Source: Cenococcum geophilum
Taxonomy: Eukaryota
Length of the DNA: 64,000 bases
Direction: 5' to 3'
Assembly: GCA_050273025.1 (NCBI GenBank)
Contig: CP158635.1
Span: 9,610,001 to 9,674,000 of the forward strand
A model generated the notes under the pieces. The model made no database searches and had not been told where the DNA came from. It worked only from the letters and a program-made list of their open reading frames with translations. This document shows, piece after piece, positions 25,102 through 37,619 of this stretch (position 1 is its first letter; each line of letters opens with the position of its first letter). The translations under genes and the position numbers were made by a program.

Positions 25102-25782
25102 TACTTTAGACTTATTATTTCTATAGACGGCGTATAAATAGACCTAAAAAAGATTAAAGTAATTATAAACTGGTAAAATTCTAAGAACGTTAAGGACGTA
25201 AGAGCCGTTATAGGATTTGCTAACTTCTACTAACGGTTTATTAACAATTTCTCTGCCTTAGTCTTACCCCTTATAGCTCTAACCTAAAAGGATAAAGCCT
25301 TTATCTTTAATAAGAAATATAAGAAAGCTTTTACTTACCTAAAGGTTATATTTATTACCGCACCTATACTTTAACACTTTAATTTAAACTAAATAAGTGT
25401 TATAAAGGCCGACTTATCCAACTACGTTATTAGAGGCATCCTGTCTTATTATAGCGAGGAAGGAGTATTATACCCTATAGTATACTTCTTAAAACAACTA
25501 AGCCCAGCTAAATATAATTACAAGATCTATAATAAGGAATTGTTAGCTATTATTAGATACTTTAAATAATAGTAACCTAAACTAGAAGGTATTAGATTTT
25601 TAATTAAGGTTCTTAACAACTATAAGAACCTATAATACTTTATAACTATAAAACAGCTAAGCTACTATTAGGCTTACTGGTTAGAATATCTATCCCATTT
25701 CTAATTCTTTATTATATACCGCCTAGGCGCTTAAGGCTAGAAACCCAATACCCTAACCTAATATTTGTAAGACGCGCCAGTC

Positions 25783-25878
25783 GGAATAGCAATGATAGAT
25801 GTTAAACAATCAGATATTTAAAAATATATATGCAAAAAAAAACGAAAAGAAAACATTCGTAGTTTTAAAAATCATATT
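25783..25878. other. About 95-bp AT-rich foreign insert between RNase H and integrase of element A
   Basis: Retains many CA/TG dinucleotides, unlike its RIPed flanks, and interrupts the KPDALT..DAPV / EEARF pol text. Boundaries are approximate. Confidence 0.55.
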
Positions 25879-26968
25879 ATTAAAAGAAGCGCGTTTTTAT
25901 TATAACTAGACCCTACTTTACCCCGAATTATTTAACCCTTTTATTAAAGATTTTACGGTATACATCCTTAAAATAACTAATTAATTAATTAAATAGATTA
26001 TAATTAATAAATACTTAAATAATAAGTTTATTTAAAAGACACTTAAACTAATATAGAATGGCGTTAGACACTTTAAAAAGATTTCCCTAAGTAAGTACAA
26101 AGCTTATAGAAACTACCTGTATTACTAGAACTAACTAGTTATACCTAATTATAATAAACTTAAGCTTAAGCTCCTTAAATAAGTATATAACTTACTAGTA
26201 GTTAGCCACCTAGGCTAAGGAAAGATCCTAAAACTACTCCAATAGAAATATTACTAGCTAAATATATATAATATAATACAAAGATATGTCGCTAGTTGCT
26301 ATACCTGCTAATAAGCTAAAGCCTTATATAAAATATGCAATGGCCTTTTAAAGCTACTTCCTATCTTAGACCAAAGATAGAAAAATATCTTAATTAACTT
26401 TATTATCGGACTTCCTAAAAGTAAAGGCTATAAGAACATTATAGTAGTTATAGACCAACTATCTAAAATGAGATACCTAATTACCCACCCTAATATATTA
26501 GCACCTACCGTTATCTAACTATTCCTAGATTACGTATAGAAACTCTACAGACTCCTAAAAACGATTATTTCCAATAAAGGCCGCTAGTTTGTCTTTACGT
26601 TCTAAAAAGAACTAACCGCCTGACTCTGCATTAAAGTACTACTATCTACTACGTACTATATATAAATAGATAGTTAAACGGAATGTGTAAATGCTATAAT
26701 GGAATAGTATATCTAGATATACTCGTTATATCTATAGGATAACTAGATTAACTAACTTATATTTACTAAATTTACCATAAATAACTCCGTCTTAAAAACC
26801 ACAAAAGTCTTTCCGTTCTTAGCCAACTATAGCTAGCATCCTTAAATAGGTTTTAAACCCTTAAGTAATACCCCTTGCCCCGCATATTACGCCCTATAAG
26901 TTATAAAAATAGATAAATTTATAAAGAAGATAGAGGAACTATAGTAGTTCCTTACCAATAAGATAATA

Positions 26969-29900
26969 ATAATAATAATTCATTGCTTAACGTCCGATTT
27001 GGATCCCTATTGGGCCCACGCGGACTACTCCTTATTTATATATAGGGAGAAAACTCTATTTAAGAAAAATGAGAAAACCCCGTAATCCATTTCCCCGCCT
27101 TTTAGGACTCGCCTACTTAGCGCCTATAAGTTACCTATAGTGCTCTACTACCTTATTATTTAACCTCCTTAGGAACCACTGCTGCCGTAATAAGCCTATG
27201 GGCGCGCTAGTATTATAAACTATTACTCTACTACTATAGAGTTACTAGGGGGCACCTACTGCTCGCCCCCTTACCTTTTATTACTATTTCCCTTACAACC
27301 TAGAACTAATTTAGTATATTTTAACTAATAAGCCACTGGGTAACCGCCTTAAGGCCTTTTTATATTAAGAGCAGTATATTATAGTTCTCTATGCCAGCTG
27401 CTAAGAGTATTATTTCTTAATTAATGCGTAGGGGGTATAGCAGTATTACATATTTTGGTATTTATTTTGGCCAGCTATATTTATATCTTAGGCTACTTAC
27501 TAGGACACCCACCTAGTAAAGCCAATCTTTTAGTCCTATTATTCCTATTCTTAAGAGTGTTGCTATTATATTTTCTGCCTTTATTAGGCCTTCTTAGAGC
27601 CCTTAGGTATTTACCCCCTATAGCGTTAACCATACTATAGCTTAGGTTTGTCTTGCCTAAGTTAGCCTCTATACCTTTAACTCCTATTTACCTCTCTAGT
27701 GTTAGTCCAACCAGTATTACATTACGGTAGATAGTTTCCTAGCGTTCTTATGTGTTCTACTTTAGCTCCTTTCTCTATCTTACTGTTATCTTTACTAACC
27801 TCTTATACGTCTCCCTTCCTCCTCTATATAGGCCTGGGCCCTAAAGCGGTACCATTCTTCTTCTACTTTCTTTACCTATTTCTCTAATATCTCTTCCCTA
27901 CTTTAGGGTTATTAGTTTATTCTCCTATAGGGCACCCTAGGGTCTCTTTATAGTTTACTTAAGCGTATCTTAATATACTTTATAATATTAGAGTTACGTT
28001 TATTTTACGTCCTTTATATTACAGCGGCTTTAATATATAACTATAGGGGGGGAATATTAGATTCCTTCTTAAGTAGTGCTATAGCCGTTTGCTTATACCC
28101 GCCTATAATACTTTAAAGGTAGACTGTCTAGACCTTTTAAAGTAGTTTAAGGAGTAATTTAGGGGGGCTCTTTTTAGTTTCTCTAATGGCCTAAATACTA
28201 GATCTATATATTATAGTTAGCCAAACAACTGCTATATATAGTAGGCGTAACCTCTAGAAGTATAGACCCCATATAGAATTAATAATCCTAGATAAAGCGA
28301 TAAACTATACTTGGCCTTTATAGGCCGCTTACGCCGCATATATACTCTACCGGAGCTTACTGTCTACCTATACTCCTAATACCCTTAGGCCCTAAACTGG
28401 TTAACCCCTAAAGCCTTAGATGTGAATTATATACTAGAGATCTGTAGATTAGTTGCGTTTTCTTATAAAATAGATTAGCTAGTATTTCTCTAGTAAGAAT
28501 TAGACTCTATAACGTTTTGCCTATTCTATATAAGTGTTATAGGCTTTCTCTAGTATTCTATAATTCTCTGCGGCTATTAGCCCATATATAATTAGGTTTG
28601 TATTATTAATAAAGCCTATCCCCTAGGTCGCCCCTTCCTTAAAGGAGTTAAGTAAGTTGCTTATAAAGAAAAGGAAGAGTATAGGCAAGAGGGGTAATCT
28701 TTGTGGTATTCCTATTATAACTGTAATAGGGGGGCTCTGGTATCCGCTAAAGACTAATAATATTTCTTTCTGGCCTATAAACCCTTAGATAAATTATATA
28801 ATCTATTCTAAAAAGCCCTTTGCCCTAAGGATATATAGGAGACGCTTATGGGGTATATTATTATAGGTACCACTAATGTCTAGGCTAAGCATTAATACTA
28901 TAAAGTCCTTTTACATCGCCTATATAGATTTAATGGTGGTAACAAGTAGCGTAAGTACTAATAGTGTTAAGCGGTTCTTTCTTGCCCCTATTTAGCTTTA
29001 TAGTAGTAGGGCGTATTCCTCTACCGTATCTGCTATACGTTCCGCTATTACCCTTTTTAAGATCTTACTAAGGGTATTTTCTAAGGCAATAGGGCGGTAG
29101 CTTCCTGGGATTAAGTAATCTGCTTTACCTTCTTTTTATAAAATAACTGTTATTATAGATCTTCCGAGTCGCGGGTAGTAGCCTATAGCAAAGTATACTC
29201 TAGCTACATCTATAAGTTAAAGTGCTATAAGTGGCCCACAGGTTTTTAGGGCCTTATTTGGAATCCCATCTAGTCCTAGTGCTGTATTATTTAAAAGGCG
29301 GCTAATGGTTTTAGCTATTTCCTCTATTATTATATCGCTGTTGACCCGTAGGTAAGTCACTAGTATTTCGCCCGTAATATTACTAAGGTCTGCTAGAGCC
29401 GGTTAGGGGAAGAACCTTTCTATAAGGATCTTTACCTTCTTATTATTATTGTTTATGGCCTATAATTCTCCTACTCTTTATAGGGGTAGTAGGTATAAAT
29501 CTTCTACTAGGCGCCCTACCTTTTTCTTTACCTATTTTACTATAGCCTAAAGGCCCTTATTATAGGGGAGGCTCGGGTTAGAAGTATACTTATTTATAAA
29601 CCGTCTCCAGTTATTCCTTACTTCTTTTTTTAGGGTATTCTTTAGCTGGTTTCTTGTGTCTTTATATCGTCTCTTATCTTTAGGGTTGTAGCTGCTTATA
29701 TATTTCCTTCTTGCTTATTATTAGCTGGTAACTAGAACTGTGTATTATATAGACTATACGTGTCGCGCATAAGGGCCCGGTTTTAAGATTGGGTAGTACT
29801 CTTCCAGCCTATTTTTAATTGCTGCCTAGATCCTTTCTAGTCTTCGGTTAATTTCCTTAGGGGTAGCTAATAAGCCTCGCTTATTTAGTATTAGGTGGAT

Positions 29901-32900
29901 TTCTTCTAGGTTTTAGAGTTATTATTTAACTATATTAAGGAAACTGTCTATCTTAAGCTTCCTTATTATATATCTTTTTCTATTTAGTTACGCTTTAGTA
30001 TTTAGGTCTAGCTATATCTAGATAGGGATATAGTCTAGGGTAAGTGCCTATTCTTCTTTAGGGTTATACCTTTTAAGTCTTTAGTATAGGCCTTCGTCTA
30101 TAAATATAAGGTTAATTATACTTTTGGCGGTGCCTTATTGCCATATAATTGCTCCTAGGGGGGTAGCTAGCTTAAGGCCCCAGATATTTATAGCTCTTAG
30201 TAGGCACTCTAACTATTAATCTGCAGCAATATAGATACCCCCCTACCGCGGGTGGTAGAGGTTTATATCTCCTAGTAGGATAGACTCTATACCTTTAGTT
30301 TCTAGTAAGCTTATTACTAATATAATATTCTCTGTTTATGGGACCCCTTTAACCCTAGGGTTATACACATTAATAATTTATACCGGTCCCCTATATGTTT
30401 GGATTGTTATAACTGTAATATCTAGGTTAACTGCCTGCTATAACTATAAGGATAGGCTAATAGCCTTACTAATTATAAAGCACACGTGTGTGGCTGCTTT
30501 TAGTTTATATAGGAGCTGGAATCCTTAGGGGCAGTATATTAATTATATAAAGGTATTATAATACGGTTCTTATATAGTAAGGATATAATATTTCTCTAGG
30601 TCTAAACTGTCTAGTAGGGGCCTTATAAGGCGGTGGTTTGTGTTGCTGTAGTTATACTATATAATAGATAGGTAGCGGACCCCTGGTGAGGGTCCTTTAA
30701 CTCTCCTTCGTTCCTTACTTCTTCTATTTTTACTTTCTTTAGGATATTTAGAGCTTCTGTCTCTTGTATCTATACCCTAGTTACTACTTATTTTATATAG
30801 AGCTTTCCATTCCTATGTCTTATATTCCTGTTAGCGCTTCTATATCTAAATCTATTATTATTACTAGTTCTTCCCCTATTCTTACTAGTTGGCTATATAC
30901 CCTTTATAGGTCGGCTGCGAATATTATATTTGCCGTATTAAGTCTAATTCTTAATTATCCTGGTCTTAAGCCTACTATTGCTGTCTATAGGGGTCTTCCT
31001 ATAGGGCATCCTCTCCCTTATGTCCCCTGTGACCCTTATATCCTTAATTAGTCTGGTAATGTTATACGGCGTCGCTTCTGGCCCGTTAAGGCTTAGGATA
31101 GCTAGCCTAGCCCTCTAGTATTAAAGGTAGGAAATGCTAGGAAGGCGCCTACGTCCCCTTAGCTTATTGCCTGTTGTTTCCATTTATATAACCTAGCGTG
31201 CAGTTATTCCCATAGCTGTTAAGCCCTTGCCTTTCGTCTTCTATATTTAATGTAGTCTTCTCTCTTCTACGCCTTATATATGCTTTGGTGGTAGTTCGCG
31301 CATTTTATTTAGTTTTAATTTAAGTAATATCTTATATTATAGGGGCCTATATAGTGGCCGCAGCACACCTATACTGCGTATATAGATTAGGTGTGTCCCT
31401 ATTATATATAGCGATAGTATTATTCTAGGCGTAGTCTGTGGTTATAGAGCCTTATATTATATATAAGGCCATTTATAATTATTCCTTTTTAGATAAGGAG
31501 TTTTTGTATTCCTAGTATATATGTGCTAATAATAAGGGAGCTATGCGTTTATCCGGCGTCTCCCTAGCAAGTCTCTAGCAACCCTTATATCCTCTTATTA
31601 TTTTTATTATATGCTTAGTTTATATTTTCCTATTAAAGCTATTAGATTTGGGTGATTTTAAGTCCTAGTATAAGGCGTTTCATTTATCTTACTATCTCCT
31701 ATATAATTGCTGTGTTGTCTACCTAGCGTCCCTTTTCTACCCTAAGGCTTATAGGAACCGCTGGGACTTTAACTAGGTAATCCTTATAGAGTACTTTTAT
31801 GCCAATACGTTCTCCTAGCCTATCCCCTACCCTTACGGCTTATTCCTTTGCCTATTGGTCCTTTAGGGTAACTCTAATGTCTCTACTCTTAAGGTGTTGG
31901 ACTGTAATAGCGTTATAGACCTCTTTACGTATCTCTATAAGGACTTCTGTTTCTAATTATCCCCTAAGCCCCTCTACTTGTTCTATGTTTAGTTATATTA
32001 TAATTATATACCCGGTTATTAACTTAAGGGGAGTAGGTTCCCTATGCTATAAAAGCGCAGCTATAGCGGCCCAGGTACGGTTCGCCGGTAAGGGGGGGTT
32101 ATGCTTATTTTTAATTTTGCTTAGCCGTTAGAGGATTTAATTGAGGGTTTGCTGGAGGGGCGCCTAAGGTTCGCTAGACTGGCGGAGCCATTCTACTAGC
32201 TGCATTAGTTCGTTATGGCAGGTGGTTATATAGTAGAGTTTAACGTGCCTGCTTATCTAGGCCTCTACCCTAGTTTTTTAGTATTTATCCTAAACCTAGG
32301 CCTAAAGGCTTAGGGGCTTTCTATAAGCAGTTAGCTGCCACTACCTTAACGGGGGGTTTTACCAGTTCTTTTAGATATCTTATAATAGGTTAGCCTAAGT
32401 ACTAGTCTGCCCCCCCGCAGTCTATATAAGAGTCTCCTCCTAGAGTTAGTACGTTTTTGTACGGCTTAGGAGCCTTCTATAGCCTCTAGTTTTATACCTT
32501 TTTTATTATTTCCGCCGGTATAGGCATAAGCTGCCTTTTCCAGGGGTCGTAACTCCCGTCTTACGTGCCTATTAGCGTAATCCTGCAAAGGTGTTATAGC
32601 TATATCCTGCAATATAGAAGCCTTGGGTACCTTCTATAGTTAAGGCCTAGACTAAAAAAGCCTCCCCTGCCTAAGTAACTCCTATTTGCTCCTTAAGCGT
32701 ATTTTACTAGCGTACCGCCCTAAAGGCAAACGGTTCCGTCTATTAATATACTAATACGCGTATCCGTTCTCTTAAGCTACGTAGTAGTCTCTCCGGCTAG
32801 GATATAATCCTGCCTACCTACTAGGTGCACTAGGGGTTAGAGCCTAGCTAAGGGGTAAGGTCCCTAGAGCTAGCAGTGGCTACTACGTACTACGCCCTAT

Positions 32901-34071
32901 AAGAGGCTAGTAGAAGTATAGGGGCGTAACACCCTATACTACTACTAGTTCCCGTTTCGCGTTGCCTATAGGAGTCTTCTTATAATAGGCCGACTGTGTC
33001 TTATAGGAGGGGGGCTATAGAGACGCTAGGTCCCGCACCAGGCAACCTACTCCCCCCCCTCCTACTAACTAAGCTTGTGTCCCCTCTTTTTATAAGCTAT
33101 ACCTATATCTCTAACTATTAAGTCCTTGTCCAACTGGCCTATGTTTCCTCTGTAGCCTCCCCTATATATATGCATTAGGTTGCGTATACTACGCCTATTA
33201 AGACCCTCCTATAAGTCGCCTTATGTATATACGCATTAGGTTACGTATACTACGCCTATTAAGACCCTTCTATGAGTTGCCTGCGAGTCAACTATAAGCC
33301 GACTGTAAGTTAACTAAGTCGTACGCTATGGGGCCGTTAAAGCTAGCCTATGTTTCCGCTGCCTAGAGCTTTGCCCGTGTTTCCACCTCGTTAAGCCATC
33401 TAGTCGCCGTCGCGTTGCCGTCGCGTCGCCGTTGCGTCGCTGTCGCTGTACCAGGTCACGCGCACTACGCCTATTAAGACCCTCTTTTAAGTTACCTGGG
33501 TGTAACCAGATACCAGATAAACCCTCATGGAGGGGCCTTAATAAGTTCTCTAGGCAGGGCCTTAATAAGTTCTTTGCGGTGGCCTTAGGGCCTTAATAAG
33601 TTTCGTACGAAGTATCTGCGACGCGTTAACCTTAATAAGTTCTTATAAAAAGAGGATCCCTACGCCCTTATTGCGTATACTTTACGATCTTAGAGCTAGT
33701 ATAAGCCTAAGGGTGTCCTATTATACGCCTAGGACGCGTCCACGTTAACTAGCTGGATAAGGCCAGTTTCGGGCCTGGCTGCAAGCCAGGTAGTTGTATA
33801 TCGGGCGGTTTTCGTATCCCAGTTTCCCTTAATGGGCCTCCCTAGATGGTAGAACAGGAGCTCTAAGCGGAGGTAGTAAGGCTCCTGGTGTTATTAAGGG
33901 CGATACTTTGCACGCGTCGCGGGCTCATTACCACAGAGTCGAACGACAGCGCTGCACGCGCTGCGACGGCTCTCTACTATCGCCTCTGCACTTGGCCATT
34001 AAGAGGAATAGGATTCCAGATGATGTTTCCACCCGCGGCGACGTGGACGCGTGCAGTAGGGCTTCGCGGGC
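26969..34071 (-). mobile_element. Chimeric Tad1-like LINE: 26969-32219 homologous to 54811-60057, plus an unrelated 1.85-kb 5' part
   Basis: 14-bp TSD CCAATAAGATAATA (26955-68) / CTAATAAGATAATA (34072-85) and an (ATT)n tail. RT GIPQ..PLLPILF at about 28670-28715, EN at about 30660, gag knuckles at about 31290-31430. Confidence 0.9.
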
Positions 34072-34615
34072 CTAATAAGATAATATAGGCTTAATCTATC
34101 TATAAAGCCGCAGTGAATAAAAATTAAACCCCAGTACCGGCCTACTAAGTTAGTAACTTTATTTAGTTAGATATAAGAAATCTAAATACAAACTAACCTA
34201 CTAAAAAACTTAACTAAAAGAACGCCAGCCCTTATAAGGTTGAAAAGGTTATTTCTCCTTACGTCTACTAACTAAAGTTTCCTAATATGGTTAAAATCCA
34301 CCCTGTATTCTATATGTTAGTTCTTTACCCTACCGCCTCTATATTAGACGCCCTGTCTAGATAGATTTAAGACCCTCCCCTACTAGTTAAGGTAGATGGT
34401 AAGAATAAGTACTTTATTAAAAGAATTAACAACATTAAGTATAATAAACGGAAACGCTAATATATGTATCTTACGAAATAGAGAGGCTATATTAAGCCCT
34501 TATGGGAACCTATTAACTCTATAGAACTTACGTAAGCCGTAGAAGACTTTTACGAACTCTACCTAGAACTATTACAACCCCGTCTCGCAGAGTCTCGAGT
34601 TTAAGAGGGGGGTAC

Positions 34616-34996
34616 TGTTATAAAACTACCCCATAATACCTTGCACACAACCACCCTTCTCCACTACATTCCACCTACCCTATATAATTCGACACTAGTA
34701 GAATATAGCAGACGCCGCACATTGCCCTTACGTTGTTGCATATTGCCCCGCATTGCCGTATATTGCCCTTATATTACCCTATTAGCAGAATATGGCAGGA
34801 TATGCGCTCCGATACTATTATGTGGCCTATACACTTATTAACCTAGTAACTATATACTAATATATATCTCCCTTTCTACCCATTTTCTACCTTTTTTCCT
34901 TACACAACGTCTTAATTTTACTACGCAGTTTATATACGTAGCTTAATAATATCTACTTTACTATATATTATTGCCACATATACTTGCTCTGTAATA
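34616..34996 (+). repeat. 3' LTR of chromovirus A
   Basis: TGTTA start after the PPT; matches 10064-10444. Confidence 0.92.
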
Positions 34997-37039
34997 TATA
35001 ATAACCTAAATAGAAACTCTATAGATACCCTATAGAAGGCCGTCGCCAAAAGGTAAAAAGGTACCCCTAATTACGAGAAGTTGTAAGTGTATAAAGCGCT
35101 AGGTACGACGACCCTATAAGCCCTAGCACTTAAATACACTAGGAGCTCGAAGACTCTTATATACCTACAACTGTTAACAATGTCGAAGAAAACGTAGATA
35201 CCCTTTATAACGGTCGCAATATTGCTAAAAAGTAGCTGGAACGCCTCTGGCCCCACTTAGGCCAATTAGAAGACTAAGCGCAAGACGTAACTTTAAGATC
35301 TTCCCTTAAGTAGGAGATGCTAGATAAATACACTAATGTATTTAACTAGGGACCCAACCGGAACTCTCCTAAAGGACTATCGGCCTATAATTAGCACGGT
35401 AGTAGCGTATAGACAGCTCACGAGCTAAGCGGGTCTACCCCTTTAGGTAACCTAACTTATATACTAACTTAAGACCTAAGGCTTATAGGGAAACTCGTAC
35501 TAGCTACTAGCGCTAATACTACTCCTATAGTTAGAGTTCCCCTAAGCCTAGATTTAGGAAGTTAGGAGCCCTATACTAGTATTCTTTACAAAGGATATTA
35601 AGAAGCTATTATAAAACTTTTAGAAGCTATTATAAGACTTTTAGAAGCTATATAGGGAGGAGCTACTAATAAATATATTAGAACCCTTTAGGGGTAAATA
35701 TAGATCTAGTAAGACCTAATCTATACTAGATAAAAAATTTTATAACCTAACTAAGACTAAGGGCTTTTTAGGGGCTACTTAATACTAACCTAAAGAGGTA
35801 TAGAAGATTTAAAGAAGTATCTATATAATAAATAGAAGAAAGATATAAACTAATTGGCTAAGGCCTCTAATAGTCTAGAACTTCGCAATGGACCTAGGGC
35901 CTAATACTTGGACGATTGGGTCTATAAGATAGATAACTTCTTTAAGATGCTAATAATATAAGACGATACTAAAAAGTATACCTAGTAGATTATTAGTGAG
36001 ATTAAATATCAATTACTAAATTAGATTATATTTAATTAACTTAATAAAAAGTAGATTATTATATAGCTGTAACTATAGACCTTCCTAAAGAATTAGACTT
36101 AAGATCCGTATATTATATAAAATAATAATATAGAACTATTCTAGAACGCTATATATCGCGATAATAATAATTTCTGCCCGTTTATAAACTTTATAGAAAC
36201 TTAAGCTTAATAGATAAATCTAAAACCTTTTAAAAATAAGGACGGTAGTATTTATAAGAAAGAGAAGATTAGATTTATTTAGGCTAAGATTAAGTTAGTA
36301 ATTTAAGACGAAATAAAGCACGTAGGAGCCCTATTGCGGATTACTATATATATTAATTTTAAACAAGCAGTTCTAAATACTAAAGATATAGTAAGAAACT
36401 AGACCTCTTCTAGTAAGAATCTAGGGAGTTACTAGAAGTGTAGGCACTCTAGCAGTAATATAGGGTATACCTAACCTTTAAAGAAGCCTTTCTTAAAGAG
36501 GAGTTTAGATAGGCTAAGGTCGGGACCTAAAATAGCAGAAAAGACTCCTAGAGCCAATCTAATACCCATCTAGTACCCTTATAGGAATCTTTTAATAAGC
36601 TAAAAGGAAATTTTTTTAGAGGTAAAGCTTATTAGAAGACTAAATAGGGTAATAATTATACTAATAATTAAAAAAAAGAAAAGCCCTAGTTATAGACTTT
36701 TAGTTATAACTGGGGCAAGATATAGAAGAAAAGACCCTCTATATTATTATTAAGTTAAAAATAACACTCTCTATAGGTAAAAGGCGTTAGTTCTAAGCAC
36801 TATATAATAGTAGCGCAAAAATTAATCTTATATAATATAATTTAGCAAAAAAGTATAAACTTATCCCGTTATTATAGTAGCGGAAACCTATTATAGGCTT
36901 CCTAGATAAATATTAGATTAAACTATATAGCGTTTATAAGCTTATAGTATTAGTAGCCGATATATATAATAACACTAAGGTAGTTAGTCTATAACCCTTT
37001 TGGGTAGCTAACTTCGCAGGTTATAAGCTTATTTTTAGA

Positions 37040-37459
37040 TATAATAAACACTTGCAGTAGGAACTACGTTGTAAACACTAATGGGCTAGGTATATAAGTA
37101 AAGACAAGGGTACGACCTCTTAACTAGTAGAGTGTGTGCCTAATAAATTAACTCCAATTATATTCTGAAAATTACTACAAAGAAGGAACTATTTAGGCAG
37201 GGATCGTGGTCCTTTAAATACACAGCATAACTCCTAGGAAATCCTTCGTTATACGTAATATACGTTTATACGCTTGTACGTGAGTTTCCTTTATACATTC
37301 GTATATACGTATCTGCGTATAATATCATGTGACCTTGGTTACCATTCTTTATCACATGGTTCTACTGGGTCCATTATAGCCCGTGCCATAACTATCTCAA
37401 TAGCGCCCTCTATCTGTAGGTTTAGTAGCTATAACATTCTATTTAAAGCGTCTGTAACA
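37040..37459 (-). repeat. Isolated LTR related to the D/E family, flanks not matching
   Basis: Shares GGGCTAGGTA, GCCTAATA.ATTAACTCCAATTATATT, AAGGAACTAT, CCTT.AAATACAC and TTAAAGCGTCTGTAACA with the D/E LTRs. Flanks are TTAGA vs CTATT. Confidence 0.8.
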
Positions 37460-37619
37460 CTATTAAAATACGTAGGTATATCCTTTCGTTTTCTCTTATT
37501 ATAAGGCGGATTTAACAGTAGCTAAGAGGCTTAAAGTATAGTAGCCTAAGAAGAATAGATAATATCTAGTTAAGATAGTTATAAGATACTTAAACTAAAT
37601 AGCTAATCTAATATAGGTT

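Larger units (their letters stand above)
10064..34996 (+). mobile_element. Chromovirus (Ty3/Gypsy) A, full length and RIP-inactivated, hosting the Copia, a MITE, a short insert and a LINE
   Basis: 381-bp LTRs and TSD TATAA (10059-63 / 34997-35001). PPT AAGAGGGGGG precedes the 3' LTR. De-RIP gag knuckle GLCFKCGSKDH (about 22750), protease LIDTG (about 23130), RT AYIDDIL (about 24535), RNase H, integrase, and chromodomain YLTKWRGY..WEP (about 34465-34510). Confidence 0.93.
9754..37039 (+). mobile_element. Gypsy B relic: 5' LTR 9754-10063 (last bases at 35002-35003), gag/protease region about 35100-37039, 3' part lost
   Basis: TATTATAG.. start and ..CTTATAATA end are reconstituted across the TATAA TSD of element A. 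A long RIPed ORF follows, with a protease-like PFWVANFAGYELI(F)G near 37000. Confidence 0.6.
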
